NCBI GenBank assembly: GCA_049513715.1
Contig: JBEKVV010000004.1
Location: 103,633 to 167,632 of the forward strand
From: Candidatus Bathyarchaeia archaeon
GTDB taxonomy: Archaea; Thermoproteota; Bathyarchaeia; 40CM-2-53-6
Direction of reading: 5' to 3'
Length of the DNA stretch: 64,000 nt
How positions within the stretch are numbered: position 1 is the stretch's first letter; each line of letters opens with the position of its first letter. Below are positions 54,038 to 63,116 of this stretch, piece by piece. The notes under the pieces are model-generated. The model saw only the letters and a program-made list of their open reading frames with translations. It was not told the origin of the DNA and made no database searches. A program made the translations under genes and the position numbers.

Positions 54038-55366
54038 TCACAGAGTTGCCAGGCTTTGGTCTAGGGCTTTGATCGCTTCATCTACTTGCGCACGAGTTAC
54101 ATTCAGTGGCGGCGCAACTCTGATTACTTGGCCTCGCATGCCGCAGGGGTACATTAGTACCCCTCTTGATAGTAATTCATTCAGAACTTTCTTCGCTGCG
54201 TTTGAGTTGGGTTCACGGTCTGTGCCGGGCACGATGAATTCTATTCCAATCATGAGGCCCACGCCCCGCACGTCACCGATCACGGGGTATTTCTTCTTGA
54301 GGTCTTGAAGGCGGCTGAGCAGGTACGCTCCCATTTTCTTCGCGTTTTCCAGAAGTCCCTCGTCCCTAATGGTATCTATGGTTGCGATTGCTGCGGCGCA
54401 GGAGATGGGGTTGCCACCGAAAGTTGTGCCATGAACAGTCGGAGTCCAACGGCTCATAAGTTCCTGTTTAGCACAAACTGCTCCTAGTGGGAATCCTGAT
54501 GCTATGCCCTTCGCAATCGCCATGATGTCCGGTTCAAGGCCGAACAATTGGCCGGCGAACCATTCTCCAGTTCGACCAAACCCGCTCTGCACTTCATCGA
54601 AGATAAGCAGGATATTGTTTTTTGTGCAGGTTTCTCGAAGCTGCCGGAGAAATTCCTTTGGCGGCGCAACGTATCCGCCCTCTCCTTGAATAGGTTCAAC
54701 GATGATCGCGGCTACCTGGGAAGGAGCGATGATGCGATCGAGAAGAGTTTGGAGTGCTCGCATCGTTTCCGCGACGCATTGAGCGGGGTCGTCTGGGTGG
54801 GCGGAATGGTAAGTGTCGGCGTACGGTGTGTGGTAGACGCTCCCGAGGAACGGTTCGAGTCCGAGTCGGTAACTGGACTTGGAAGCGGTCAGCGTGGCGG
54901 CGCCGTAAGTGCGTCCGTGAAATCCTCCCGTGAAAGCGATTATGCCCGGTCTGCCGGTAACGTTTCGCGCGAGCTTAATGCATCCCTCGACTGCTTCGGC
55001 TCCGCTGTTGCCGAAGAAGAACATGTCCAGAGCTCCGGGAAGGATGGCTGGCAGCATCTCCGCTAGTCGGAGGACAGATTCGTGGAGTGTTACACCAACG
55101 GCTCCATGGATTTGCTTTTCCATCTGCTCTTTCGCGGCTGCTATTACCTTTGGATGATTGTGGCCGACATTCACCGCGCCGAAAGCTGCCATGAAGTCCA
55201 TGTATCGTTTTCCATCTAAACCGTACAAGTATATGCCCTGAGCTTTGACAACGGGCAGGTTGGGCCAGTCTTGAGAGAAGATTGGGGACAGCATCTTGTC
55301 TTTGCGGGCTACAAGTTCTGCGAAGGTGCTACGCTTCTTCACGGTCGTCATTGCTTCTGAAACCAA
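54038..55366 (-). CDS. Class III PLP aminotransferase (4-aminobutyrate/ornithine aminotransferase-like)
   Basis: GNSGAEAVE, FDEVQSGFGRTG, and the PLP lysine in AIAKGIASG. Confidence 0.85.
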   Translation of the reverse strand: MVSEAMTTVKKRSTFAELVARKDKMLSPIFSQDWPNLPVVKAQGIYLYGLDGKRYMDFMAAFGAVNVGHNHPKVIAAAKEQMEKQIHGAVGVTLHESVLRLAEMLPAILPGALDMFFFGNSGAEAVEGCIKLARNVTGRPGIIAFTGGFHGRTYGAATLTASKSSYRLGLEPFLGSVYHTPYADTYHSAHPDDPAQCVAETMRALQTLLDRIIAPSQVAAIIVEPIQGEGGYVAPPKEFLRQLRETCTKNNILLIFDEVQSGFGRTGEWFAGQLFGLEPDIMAIAKGIASGFPLGAVCAKQELMSRWTPTVHGTTFGGNPISCAAAIATIDTIRDEGLLENAKKMGAYLLSRLQDLKKKYPVIGDVRGVGLMIGIEFIVPGTDREPNSNAAKKVLNELLSRGVLMYPCGMRGQVIRVAPPLNVTRAQVDEAIKALDQSLATL

Positions 55367-55450
55367 TTACCGCACATCCTCAGAGAATCAGGAGTATTGT
55401 TTGTGATGTGGGGAGAGAAAAAGACTGCCCCAACCTTTCCGCGATGGTAG

Positions 55451-56806
55451 TCAGGTTGGGTCCCTGGAAAGCGGTGCGGTTGAGCAGTGGGGGCCGCCCA
55501 AGGTGTCTAGGAAGCTGTCATCCCATTTCTTGACCTTTATGCCGTGTTTGTTCAATTCCTCGATTGTCGTTGTTGTCCGCGCGTATGACACGATGGTTCC
55601 AGATTTGATGGTGATTATGTTCGTTGCGCCGCGGGTCTGTTCCATTAGCGAGAGCATGAGGTGCTTCATGTCGTTCTTCTCTTTGGGCTCACCTCCCACA
55701 TAGATCAGGCCGTCTTTGTCGACCTTGTCTTCTTTGATTAGGAAATCTACGAAGCTCACGTCACGCCTCAAGAGGACAGGTTCATTGTTCGTGCCGCGTA
55801 CGTACACGTAGCATTCTCCGGCTCTTTCGAAAGCTGCAGGGCTAACTACTTCCTGCATTGGCCTTGCATCTCGTTCTGTTTGTGCTCGGGTTGCGGCGAG
55901 CAACTTCAGTAGCAGCTTCTTCGGTGGCATATCTTTCACAAGTTCGCTGTCGAAATAATATGGCATGATGAGTGCTTTGCGGTTCGCTGGAAAGTTGATG
56001 ACGACATCTAGGTGCATGAAATCTAATGCAGGAAAATCGGCGTTGTAAACGGCGCAGATATACTTGACCGTGCGGTTCTGGTCTGCTTCGAAGATCTTTC
56101 TCGCAAACTGCAGGAAACCAGTGAATGTAGACCTCTGCCCTAGGCCGACAGCGATCGTTTCTTCGTCAACGATCTGTGTGTCTCCCCCTTCAATGTTGGG
56201 GGGCTCGGTGTTGCCGATTTGAATGTCATTCGCGTCCCAGATCAGGTTCACATTCTTGCGCAGTATTGGGTCTGATTCGTAGGCAAGTTTCACCACGTGG
56301 GGTTCGAAACGCCTGCTGTATCTTCGCATGTTGCAAATGACTGTCCCAATCTGCGTTGTGAAGGAAGTATCGCGGGTGTACGTCCATGAGGCGCGCTTGA
56401 AATCCGGCAGAACTACCTCGTCGCGTTCACGATCGTAGTATGGGGTTGGGGGGAATCCGTCAGTAATATGCTCCACTTTGAGTTCATCAGGTTTCGGAGC
56501 CTTCTGTCCCGGACTCCAGAATCGTCTGATGATTTTCCTTCTTTCTTCCTCTGACGCCTGCTCGATGGCCTTTTTGATGATTGAGGTGACTTCGAAGACT
56601 TGCACTCCTTCGTCTTTGAGATATTGACTCAACTGTAGCCACTGTGTGTGCCCGCCGGCGTCGTAATCTGCGTGTGCGCATCTTGGCAGGTACTGAAGGT
56701 TTGATTCAGTGCCGGTGAAGGGGAGTTTGTTCTCCCAGAAGTTCATTGCAGTATCCTGTAGTAGCACAGCGTGCATTGTACCTGATTCTGATTTGACAGT
56801 CCACAT
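55451..56806 (-). CDS. Arginine deiminase / amidinotransferase superfamily protein
   Basis: C-terminal catalytic-Cys motif GGPHCSTAPLSRD. The size (451 aa) is compatible with ADI, but the N-terminus is atypical. Confidence 0.55.
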   Translation of the reverse strand: MWTVKSESGTMHAVLLQDTAMNFWENKLPFTGTESNLQYLPRCAHADYDAGGHTQWLQLSQYLKDEGVQVFEVTSIIKKAIEQASEEERRKIIRRFWSPGQKAPKPDELKVEHITDGFPPTPYYDRERDEVVLPDFKRASWTYTRDTSFTTQIGTVICNMRRYSRRFEPHVVKLAYESDPILRKNVNLIWDANDIQIGNTEPPNIEGGDTQIVDEETIAVGLGQRSTFTGFLQFARKIFEADQNRTVKYICAVYNADFPALDFMHLDVVINFPANRKALIMPYYFDSELVKDMPPKKLLLKLLAATRAQTERDARPMQEVVSPAAFERAGECYVYVRGTNNEPVLLRRDVSFVDFLIKEDKVDKDGLIYVGGEPKEKNDMKHLMLSLMEQTRGATNIITIKSGTIVSYARTTTTIEELNKHGIKVKKWDDSFLDTLGGPHCSTAPLSRDPT

Positions 56807-56860
56807 CTCAAAATCCCAATCTATCGTCCCGGTTCTTTCTTTAAGAGCCTGTTCTGGCCG

Positions 56861-57637
56861 CTAGAGGTACGATGACATGCCGCCGTCGACATTGAGCACT
56901 TGGCCCGTGACGTAGTCTGATGCTCTTGAAGCCAGAAACAAGATGGCGCCCTTCACATCCTCGGGCACGCCGAGTCTTCTCATCGGTACCCGTTCAATTA
57001 TCCTGTCCTTCCTATGCTCGATCACCCATTCAGTCAAGTGCGTCGGGAAAAATGCGAGGGCGAGGGCGTTAACCCTGATTCCGTACTTTGCCCACTTGAC
57101 CGCTAGGTCTTTCGTGAAACTGATCAGCCCTCCCTTGCTGGCGTTGTAAGAGATCGCGTCGAGAATGTTTTCGTCCGTTCCACTTAATGCCACAACTGAG
57201 GTTACGTTGATGATTACGCCACCGCCATCATGGATCATTCTTCGGCCAACCGCCTGGCTGCAGGTAAAGGCTCCAGTCAAGTTCACCTCCAGAACCTTCT
57301 TCCAATCTTCCAGAGTCATCTTTTCCGGAGGCGCGGCCCACGCTATGCCTGCGTTGTTCACGAGAATGTTGATCCGTCCGAATTTCTCGTGTGCTACCGC
57401 GACCATTCGTTCCACTTCTTCAGGGTTTGTTACGTCTGCTTTGATGGCGAGCACTGTGCTTCCGGATTTTCGCAGTTCAGTCGCTGATTGTTCACAACGT
57501 GATAGATTTCGTGAGCATATGGCTAGGTTTGATCCGCCTTCGGCCAATGTCTCGGCAATAGTTAGGCCTATGCCCATTGAGCCGCCTGTGACTATCGCTG
57601 ACGTTCCGCGTAAGCTAAAGATGTCCTGAGTTTTCAT
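56861..57637 (-). CDS. Short-chain dehydrogenase/reductase (SDR)
   Basis: TGGSMGIGL, NNAG, YNASKGG. Confidence 0.85.
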   Translation of the reverse strand: MKTQDIFSLRGTSAIVTGGSMGIGLTIAETLAEGGSNLAICSRNLSRCEQSATELRKSGSTVLAIKADVTNPEEVERMVAVAHEKFGRINILVNNAGIAWAAPPEKMTLEDWKKVLEVNLTGAFTCSQAVGRRMIHDGGGVIINVTSVVALSGTDENILDAISYNASKGGLISFTKDLAVKWAKYGIRVNALALAFFPTHLTEWVIEHRKDRIIERVPMRRLGVPEDVKGAILFLASRASDYVTGQVLNVDGGMSSYL

Positions 57638-57706
57638 GGTTTCTCGGTCCCCTTCAGAGCGTAGTGTCTATTGCGCTTCGGCGGTTGAAGATTGTGGAAG
57701 CGCTTG

Positions 57707-58531
57707 CTAGACGCGGATGACGTAGTGTAATGATGAGTAGCCCATGAACTTGAGCGCTAGTATTGCGACGGCGAGCGCCACAGTTGTGATTTGAGCAATG
57801 TAGTCGCCCGCTCTCAGTTTTGTCTCTTCGAGGTAGGTTCGGGTGGCTGGCGAGCCGAAGGCTCTACATTCTAACGCAGTCTGGAGGGTTGTGGAAAGTT
57901 TCAGGAGGTATAGCAGAACAGGTGTTAGTGCGGCCGTATACACAGTGGCTTTCTTCGTTATCGGCAGTTTGTCTATGTCACGACCCCGGAGTTTCTGAGC
58001 TTGCATTACATTCCCCCATGTCTGGAAGACAAGTGGAACGAATCGCATACCCGTCACGAAGATTAGCGTGAACTGGTACGGTACTTTCAACTGTCCCATT
58101 TGCGCGGCTATCTTGGTCATTGGTGTCGTCATGGTTAGTATGGGCAGTGAGAAGACTACTGCAAGAACTCGCATGAAGATGAGTGTTCCAAAGAGAAATC
58201 CCTCTAGGGTATACGCCGCGTAGTTGCGCGGACCAATCATAAGGACGCCCAGTTGGAAGAGTACTGTGTTGCCGAAGCGGTAAGTGAACCCCTGCAGGAT
58301 TATGAGGAACAGATATGTCCCGAGGAGGATCTTGAGAATGATTCCTATCCGTCTGAGTTCAATTCCGCCGATTACCCACCAGACAAGCAAGAAGATTATC
58401 CAAATGCCCAGCAGGACATAATCCAAGGCAAAGAGGCTGATGATGAGACTGAGAACCGTCAATAGCATCTTGCTGCTTGCTTGCAGCGCGTGGACTGGTG
58501 TGTCTTTTCTGATATACTCTAAGGTTGCCAT
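57707..58531 (-). CDS. ecfT: ECF transporter transmembrane component (EcfT/CbiQ family)
   Basis: About 274 aa, 5-6 TM, directly downstream of the fused ECF ATPase gene. Ala-Arg-Gly-like coupling helix region (QAQKLRGRD). Confidence 0.7.
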   Translation of the reverse strand: MATLEYIRKDTPVHALQASSKMLLTVLSLIISLFALDYVLLGIWIIFLLVWWVIGGIELRRIGIILKILLGTYLFLIILQGFTYRFGNTVLFQLGVLMIGPRNYAAYTLEGFLFGTLIFMRVLAVVFSLPILTMTTPMTKIAAQMGQLKVPYQFTLIFVTGMRFVPLVFQTWGNVMQAQKLRGRDIDKLPITKKATVYTAALTPVLLYLLKLSTTLQTALECRAFGSPATRTYLEETKLRAGDYIAQITTVALAVAILALKFMGYSSLHYVIRV

Positions 58532-58533
58532 TT

Positions 58534-60258
58534 TTATTTCCCTCCGGTCAGTGACTCAACCATCGAGTCCACTGTCATAATGTCTCCAGGAACGCCGTAA
58601 GGCTCAAGTTCCTTGGCCAAGACTGAAATTGGCGGCGGTTTGATGAAGGTCCTTCTTAACGTCTCGACTTGAGTGAATACCTCGTACGTCGGGCCGTCCA
58701 AGAGAATTTCACCGTTTCCCATAACGACACTTCGGTCAGCGTATTGTGTAACCAGGTTCATGTCATGGGTAATCATAATCACGGTGTGTCCGGCCGCGTT
58801 CAGCTTCTTTCCCAGCCTTGCAATACGGTGTCTACCGAGATAATCTTGTGCCGTCGTGGGTTCGTCCATTATGATTACGTCTGGCCTCATGGCTATCACT
58901 GCGGCGACCGTTAGGCTTCTTCGATCTCCGAAACTGAGCCTAAACGGAAAGACTTCTTTTTGTTTCTCGAGGCCGACGAAACCGAGCGCCTCATCTACTC
59001 TTCGTTGAATTTCGTCTTCGGGGAGTTTCAGGTTTCGAAGGCCGAACTCAACTTCTTCTCTGCATGAGATCGTGAATAGCTGCTCGTCCGGGTTCTGGAG
59101 CACTAGGCCAATTGAGGTGGAGAGCTGACCCGTCGTGAAGGCTGCTATGTCTTTGCCTCTGAACAAGACTTTGCCTTGAGTTGGCTTCAGCAATTTGAGA
59201 AATTGTTTCACGAGCGTTGTCTTCCCGGAGCCGTTCTGTCCGATAATCCCAATCATCTCGCCTTTGTACACTTTCAAGTTCACGTTTCTGAGGGCTGTAA
59301 CGGGTGGGAAACCTGGGTATGCGAAAGTGAGATTCTCGCATTCAAGGACAACTTCCCCGGAAGATGCTGTTTTCGGTCGGTTTAGTTTGGTCGGTTTCAG
59401 TTTCTTGCTTTCAATTAGAGAAACAATCTGTTTCTTGCTGTCAGGGATTGTAAGTAGGGGCGGTTTCTCCGGAGCAATCTTGTGTCCGAGTGTTGCTAGC
59501 TGAGGAACTTGAACTCCTACTTTTTCCAGTAGGTCAACTTGGGAGAAGACTTCGCTGGGCGTTCCCTGCGCTACTATGCTTCCTTCACTCAGGATTATTG
59601 CGCGATCAGCGAATGATGGTACATCTTCAGAAGCATGGGTTGTCAATATTGTAGTAATCTGATATTTCTCTTTCAGGTCAACGAGTGCCTGGAATACTTC
59701 AGTGGTGCCGATCGGGTCGAGTTGCGACGTAGGTTCGTCAAGGACTAACAATTTTGGTTGCATGCTGAGGCCAGCTGCAAGGGCAAGTCGCTGTTTTTGT
59801 CCACCCGATAGCTCCATCGGCGAGCGCGCTTCATACCCCTGAAGCCCAACTGCTTGCAACGCCCATTTTGCTCTTCGCATTATTTCCTCTCTAGGGAGGC
59901 CGAGGTTCTCCGGACCGAATGCCACCTCCATTAGAACGTCTGGGTTTACGAGTTGGCCTTCTGGGTCCTGTGTTACGAAACTAATTTTCTGTGCCAATTC
60001 ATGCACTGGATGTTCGTAGACATCCATTCCGCAGACAATCGCTTTTCCTGCGGTCGTTCCCTGAACTATGTGGGGTATGATTCCTGTAAGGTGGCGACAC
60101 AATGTAGTCTTCCCAGCGCCATTCGGTCCCATCACAGCGATTATCTCGCCCCTTGAAACTTCCAAGCGTATGTCTTTGATTGCTTGGACATTGTCCGGGT
60201 AAGTGAATGTGAGGTTTTGAATCTCCGCTATGGTCTCGTTGCTCATCTCTGCGTTCAC
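58534..60258 (-). CDS. ECF/ABC transporter fused double ATPase (EcfA-EcfA')
   Basis: Two ABC cassettes: GPNGAGKTT...LSGGQKQRLALA...LVLDEP, and GQNGSGKTT...SFGDRRSLTVA...IIMDEP. Confidence 0.85.
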   Translation of the reverse strand: MNAEMSNETIAEIQNLTFTYPDNVQAIKDIRLEVSRGEIIAVMGPNGAGKTTLCRHLTGIIPHIVQGTTAGKAIVCGMDVYEHPVHELAQKISFVTQDPEGQLVNPDVLMEVAFGPENLGLPREEIMRRAKWALQAVGLQGYEARSPMELSGGQKQRLALAAGLSMQPKLLVLDEPTSQLDPIGTTEVFQALVDLKEKYQITTILTTHASEDVPSFADRAIILSEGSIVAQGTPSEVFSQVDLLEKVGVQVPQLATLGHKIAPEKPPLLTIPDSKKQIVSLIESKKLKPTKLNRPKTASSGEVVLECENLTFAYPGFPPVTALRNVNLKVYKGEMIGIIGQNGSGKTTLVKQFLKLLKPTQGKVLFRGKDIAAFTTGQLSTSIGLVLQNPDEQLFTISCREEVEFGLRNLKLPEDEIQRRVDEALGFVGLEKQKEVFPFRLSFGDRRSLTVAAVIAMRPDVIIMDEPTTAQDYLGRHRIARLGKKLNAAGHTVIMITHDMNLVTQYADRSVVMGNGEILLDGPTYEVFTQVETLRRTFIKPPPISVLAKELEPYGVPGDIMTVDSMVESLTGGK

Positions 60259-60315
60259 CGCTAACTTGGGACACGTATTTCGAGAGAATATAGAAAAAGG
60301 GAGGTAGGGGAAACC

Positions 60316-61134
60316 CTACCATATCACGTTTGGCGGCTTCGCCATTCCGCTCTTTCCGAGGGCTGTCGCTATGGGTGCAGCGATTACTGTTGTTAGGATG
60401 GCAAACAGTGGCATGTACCATGGGTACACGAACGCGGCTTGGAAGAACAGGAGGGCAGCGGGGTATTGGTAGATGATCCAGAACGACCAGAAGGTTGGTG
60501 TCAGGTAGAATAGGTTGAATCCCATCCAAGTTCCTAGGAACAAGCCGAGAAATCTCCGTGACGGATTAGTGCTTCGCGCCCATTTGTAGATGTACTTGGT
60601 TCCAAGAGGTGATAGCATCACTATGGCCGGCAGTAGCCAGAAGTACATTATTACCATCCCGTATTGTGTTGGGTCTATTGGCGACCAACCACCACTCAGA
60701 CATGGCACGCATGGAAAGACGTACACGATCACATAGAATGAAGCTGTTGCGATTGCGAGTACTGCTGCGTAAATAGCGACCCATTTCTTTGGTCCAGAAT
60801 TGAGCGTCAGTCCGACCATGATGGCTGGAATTGTGGCGACTTGAAAGGCGTCAAATATCCCGAGGGGGTATGCCCCGGGTGCAATGAACATGCCAATCAA
60901 TCCGCCTACGAAAGCACTGATGATTCCTGGAATTGGACCCAAGATAAGAGGTCCTACGGCTGCTAGCACTACTGCGAGTGGCCAGTATCCGTTTCCTCCT
61001 GGGTATGGTAGCAGTGGGACGAACGAAGTGACGCCGACGAGGGCGCCGTATGCTGCAATCCATGCGATTGGTGTTCCCATTATGTAGGATCGGCCTTTTG
61101 GTTTCGATGTCATTTTCTTTTCACTTCCGTTCAA
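60316..61134 (-). CDS. Polytopic membrane protein, candidate ECF substrate-capture (S) component
   Basis: 272 aa, about 7 TM, first large gene of the ECF operon. No known S-component motif recognised. Confidence 0.4.
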   Translation of the reverse strand: MNGSEKKMTSKPKGRSYIMGTPIAWIAAYGALVGVTSFVPLLPYPGGNGYWPLAVVLAAVGPLILGPIPGIISAFVGGLIGMFIAPGAYPLGIFDAFQVATIPAIMVGLTLNSGPKKWVAIYAAVLAIATASFYVIVYVFPCVPCLSGGWSPIDPTQYGMVIMYFWLLPAIVMLSPLGTKYIYKWARSTNPSRRFLGLFLGTWMGFNLFYLTPTFWSFWIIYQYPAALLFFQAAFVYPWYMPLFAILTTVIAAPIATALGKSGMAKPPNVIW

Positions 61135-61143
61135 TGGAGTTGC

Positions 61144-61521
61144 TTACTTTTCCTTAACTGCGTATGATGCACCGAAGAGAACTATGCCAAGCACTAGCAT
61201 GCCGGCGACATACATCCATAGTCGGCCGGGGAATATGTCGACGCCGTTCCAGAAGTAATCAACGACCGCCGGGTGTTTCGCACACCAAGTGGGGTTCGCT
61301 GGACAGGTATAGCCCGTTCTGACTGTGTCCATGAGGTAAGGTAGGATGAACATGACTACGCTGACCAAGATCAATGCGATGCCGACGTACTTGAGGGCAG
61401 CTTTTGTTCCTTTAGCCAATTTTCTATAATTCCTCCATATAGCGGGGTGACTCGGTCGATTCTGATTGTATATTAAAGAGTGGAAAAGCCTTTCGTTGAC
61501 TTTCAATTCGACGTAGACCAC
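61144..61521 (-). CDS. Small membrane protein (hypothetical)
   Basis: Two TM helices flank a Cys-containing loop (YTCPANPTWCAKHP). Lies upstream in the same operon. Confidence 0.4.
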   Translation of the reverse strand: MVYVELKVNERLFHSLIYNQNRPSHPAIWRNYRKLAKGTKAALKYVGIALILVSVVMFILPYLMDTVRTGYTCPANPTWCAKHPAVVDYFWNGVDIFPGRLWMYVAGMLVLGIVLFGASYAVKEK

Positions 61522-61545
61522 GAAAGTACTGGTTCTGAGCGGCTG

Positions 61546-62976
61546 TCAGAGGTCGAGTCCTTGGCGCCGTGCTTGAGAGTACTCGTAGAGTGCTCTCGCG
61601 CCTGCGATGGCTGCTTCCGGGGTAAGGTAGACGGGAAGCTTGAACTCTGCTGCTTCCGAGAGGAGTTCACGGTGCGTTTCAGAAGTTATCGCCGTAAGTA
61701 CCGGAAGGATGGGTTTGGAGACTTTGCCGCCAGCGATCTTATGCAGCCGCTCCAGGGCTCTGAGCACATCGCTGAAGATTTCTTGCGGCCAGTAGCTGAT
61801 TCCTAGAATCAGCATGTCGCAGTTCCTGTCTTGAAGAATTATCCGCGCAATCGATTCAAGGGAATCGGGGAATTCCTTCGGTCCCACGAGCGCGGTGATG
61901 TCAAGTGGGTTATTGGCTCTCGCAAGCGACGGTAAGACCTTCGCAAGCTCCTCCCGGGTTTGATCCTCAAAATCCGGGACCGTGAGTCCCTCTTGATCCG
62001 CTTGGTCTGCGAACACTGCCGCTATTCCTCCGGAATCTGCGACGATTCCAAGTCGGTTGCCAGCAGGCAAGGGCTCCCAAGCCAAGGCCAGGGGCAAATC
62101 GACTAATTCTTGGATACTCCTAGCTCGCACAATTCCTAGCTGTCGAAACAGGCCCATATAGACCCCATATTTACCTGCAATAGCCCCGGTGTGTGTAAGA
62201 GCGGTCTTCCTGCCCTGTTCCGAGCGACCTACCTTGAGGATGACGAGGGGTTTTCGGGCCTCAAACGCCGTCTTGGCTGCGCGAATGAACCTAGGTCCAT
62301 CTCTGACGGCTTCGAGGAAAACCGAGATGACTTTCGTATCGGGGTCTTTCGCAAAGTACTCGATGTAGTCGGCCACTTGTAAATCCATTTCATTGCCGGA
62401 AGAAACCCACCCGCTCGCACCTGCTTTTCTTTCCCAAAGCTTGTGCAGCACGAATTCGCCGACTCCACCGCTCTGGGTGACGAAGGCGATGTTGCCCCGG
62501 ATGGGTGAGGTATGTGACAGGAATGTGGCCCAATTTCTCGCGCCTAAATGGATGACCCCTTCACAGTTCGGGCCGCAAATCCTCATTCCACTACTGTGCG
62601 CCTGGGCCAACAGCTCTGTACGCTCTACTTCTGGTTGGGCGGTCCCGAATTCTACTTCAGCGGTGATTACTATGGTTGCTTTCACACCGATTCTGATGCA
62701 CTCTTGAAGGACCTGCTTCACTCCCGAGCTGGGGATTATGATTATCGCCAGATCAGGAATTTCTGGAAGATTGCTGATGGAGTCGTAGCATTTGATTCCT
62801 GAGATTTCAGGGCGCTTGGGGTTGACTGGAAAAATCTTTCCGCTGTATCCGATTTGTTTCATCCCGGGAATGATCCAGCTACTGAATTTCAGCGGGTCGT
62901 CTGAGACTCCGATGATGGCTACGGATTTGGGTTTGAATAGAGGATCGAGGTTGCTTGGTTCGTCGTCTGGGGACAT
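61546..62976 (-). CDS. ADP-forming acyl-CoA synthetase alpha subunit (CoA-binding + CoA-ligase domains)
   Basis: FKPKSVAIIGVS, GPNCEG, TQSGG, and phosphohistidine loop LTHTGAIAG. Confidence 0.8.
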   Translation of the reverse strand: MSPDDEPSNLDPLFKPKSVAIIGVSDDPLKFSSWIIPGMKQIGYSGKIFPVNPKRPEISGIKCYDSISNLPEIPDLAIIIIPSSGVKQVLQECIRIGVKATIVITAEVEFGTAQPEVERTELLAQAHSSGMRICGPNCEGVIHLGARNWATFLSHTSPIRGNIAFVTQSGGVGEFVLHKLWERKAGASGWVSSGNEMDLQVADYIEYFAKDPDTKVISVFLEAVRDGPRFIRAAKTAFEARKPLVILKVGRSEQGRKTALTHTGAIAGKYGVYMGLFRQLGIVRARSIQELVDLPLALAWEPLPAGNRLGIVADSGGIAAVFADQADQEGLTVPDFEDQTREELAKVLPSLARANNPLDITALVGPKEFPDSLESIARIILQDRNCDMLILGISYWPQEIFSDVLRALERLHKIAGGKVSKPILPVLTAITSETHRELLSEAAEFKLPVYLTPEAAIAGARALYEYSQARRQGLDL

Positions 62977-63116
62977 TACTATTTGCTCCTGGCATCTTCC
63001 GAGAGTGAAGTGGGCTACTTGTTGCCTTGCGCGGAGTCAGAGTGTGAGAAAATAGATTAGGCAGTGGTGGGCTGTCTCACTCTTTCTTTTGTGGCTTCTG
63101 CTACACTACGGGTTTG

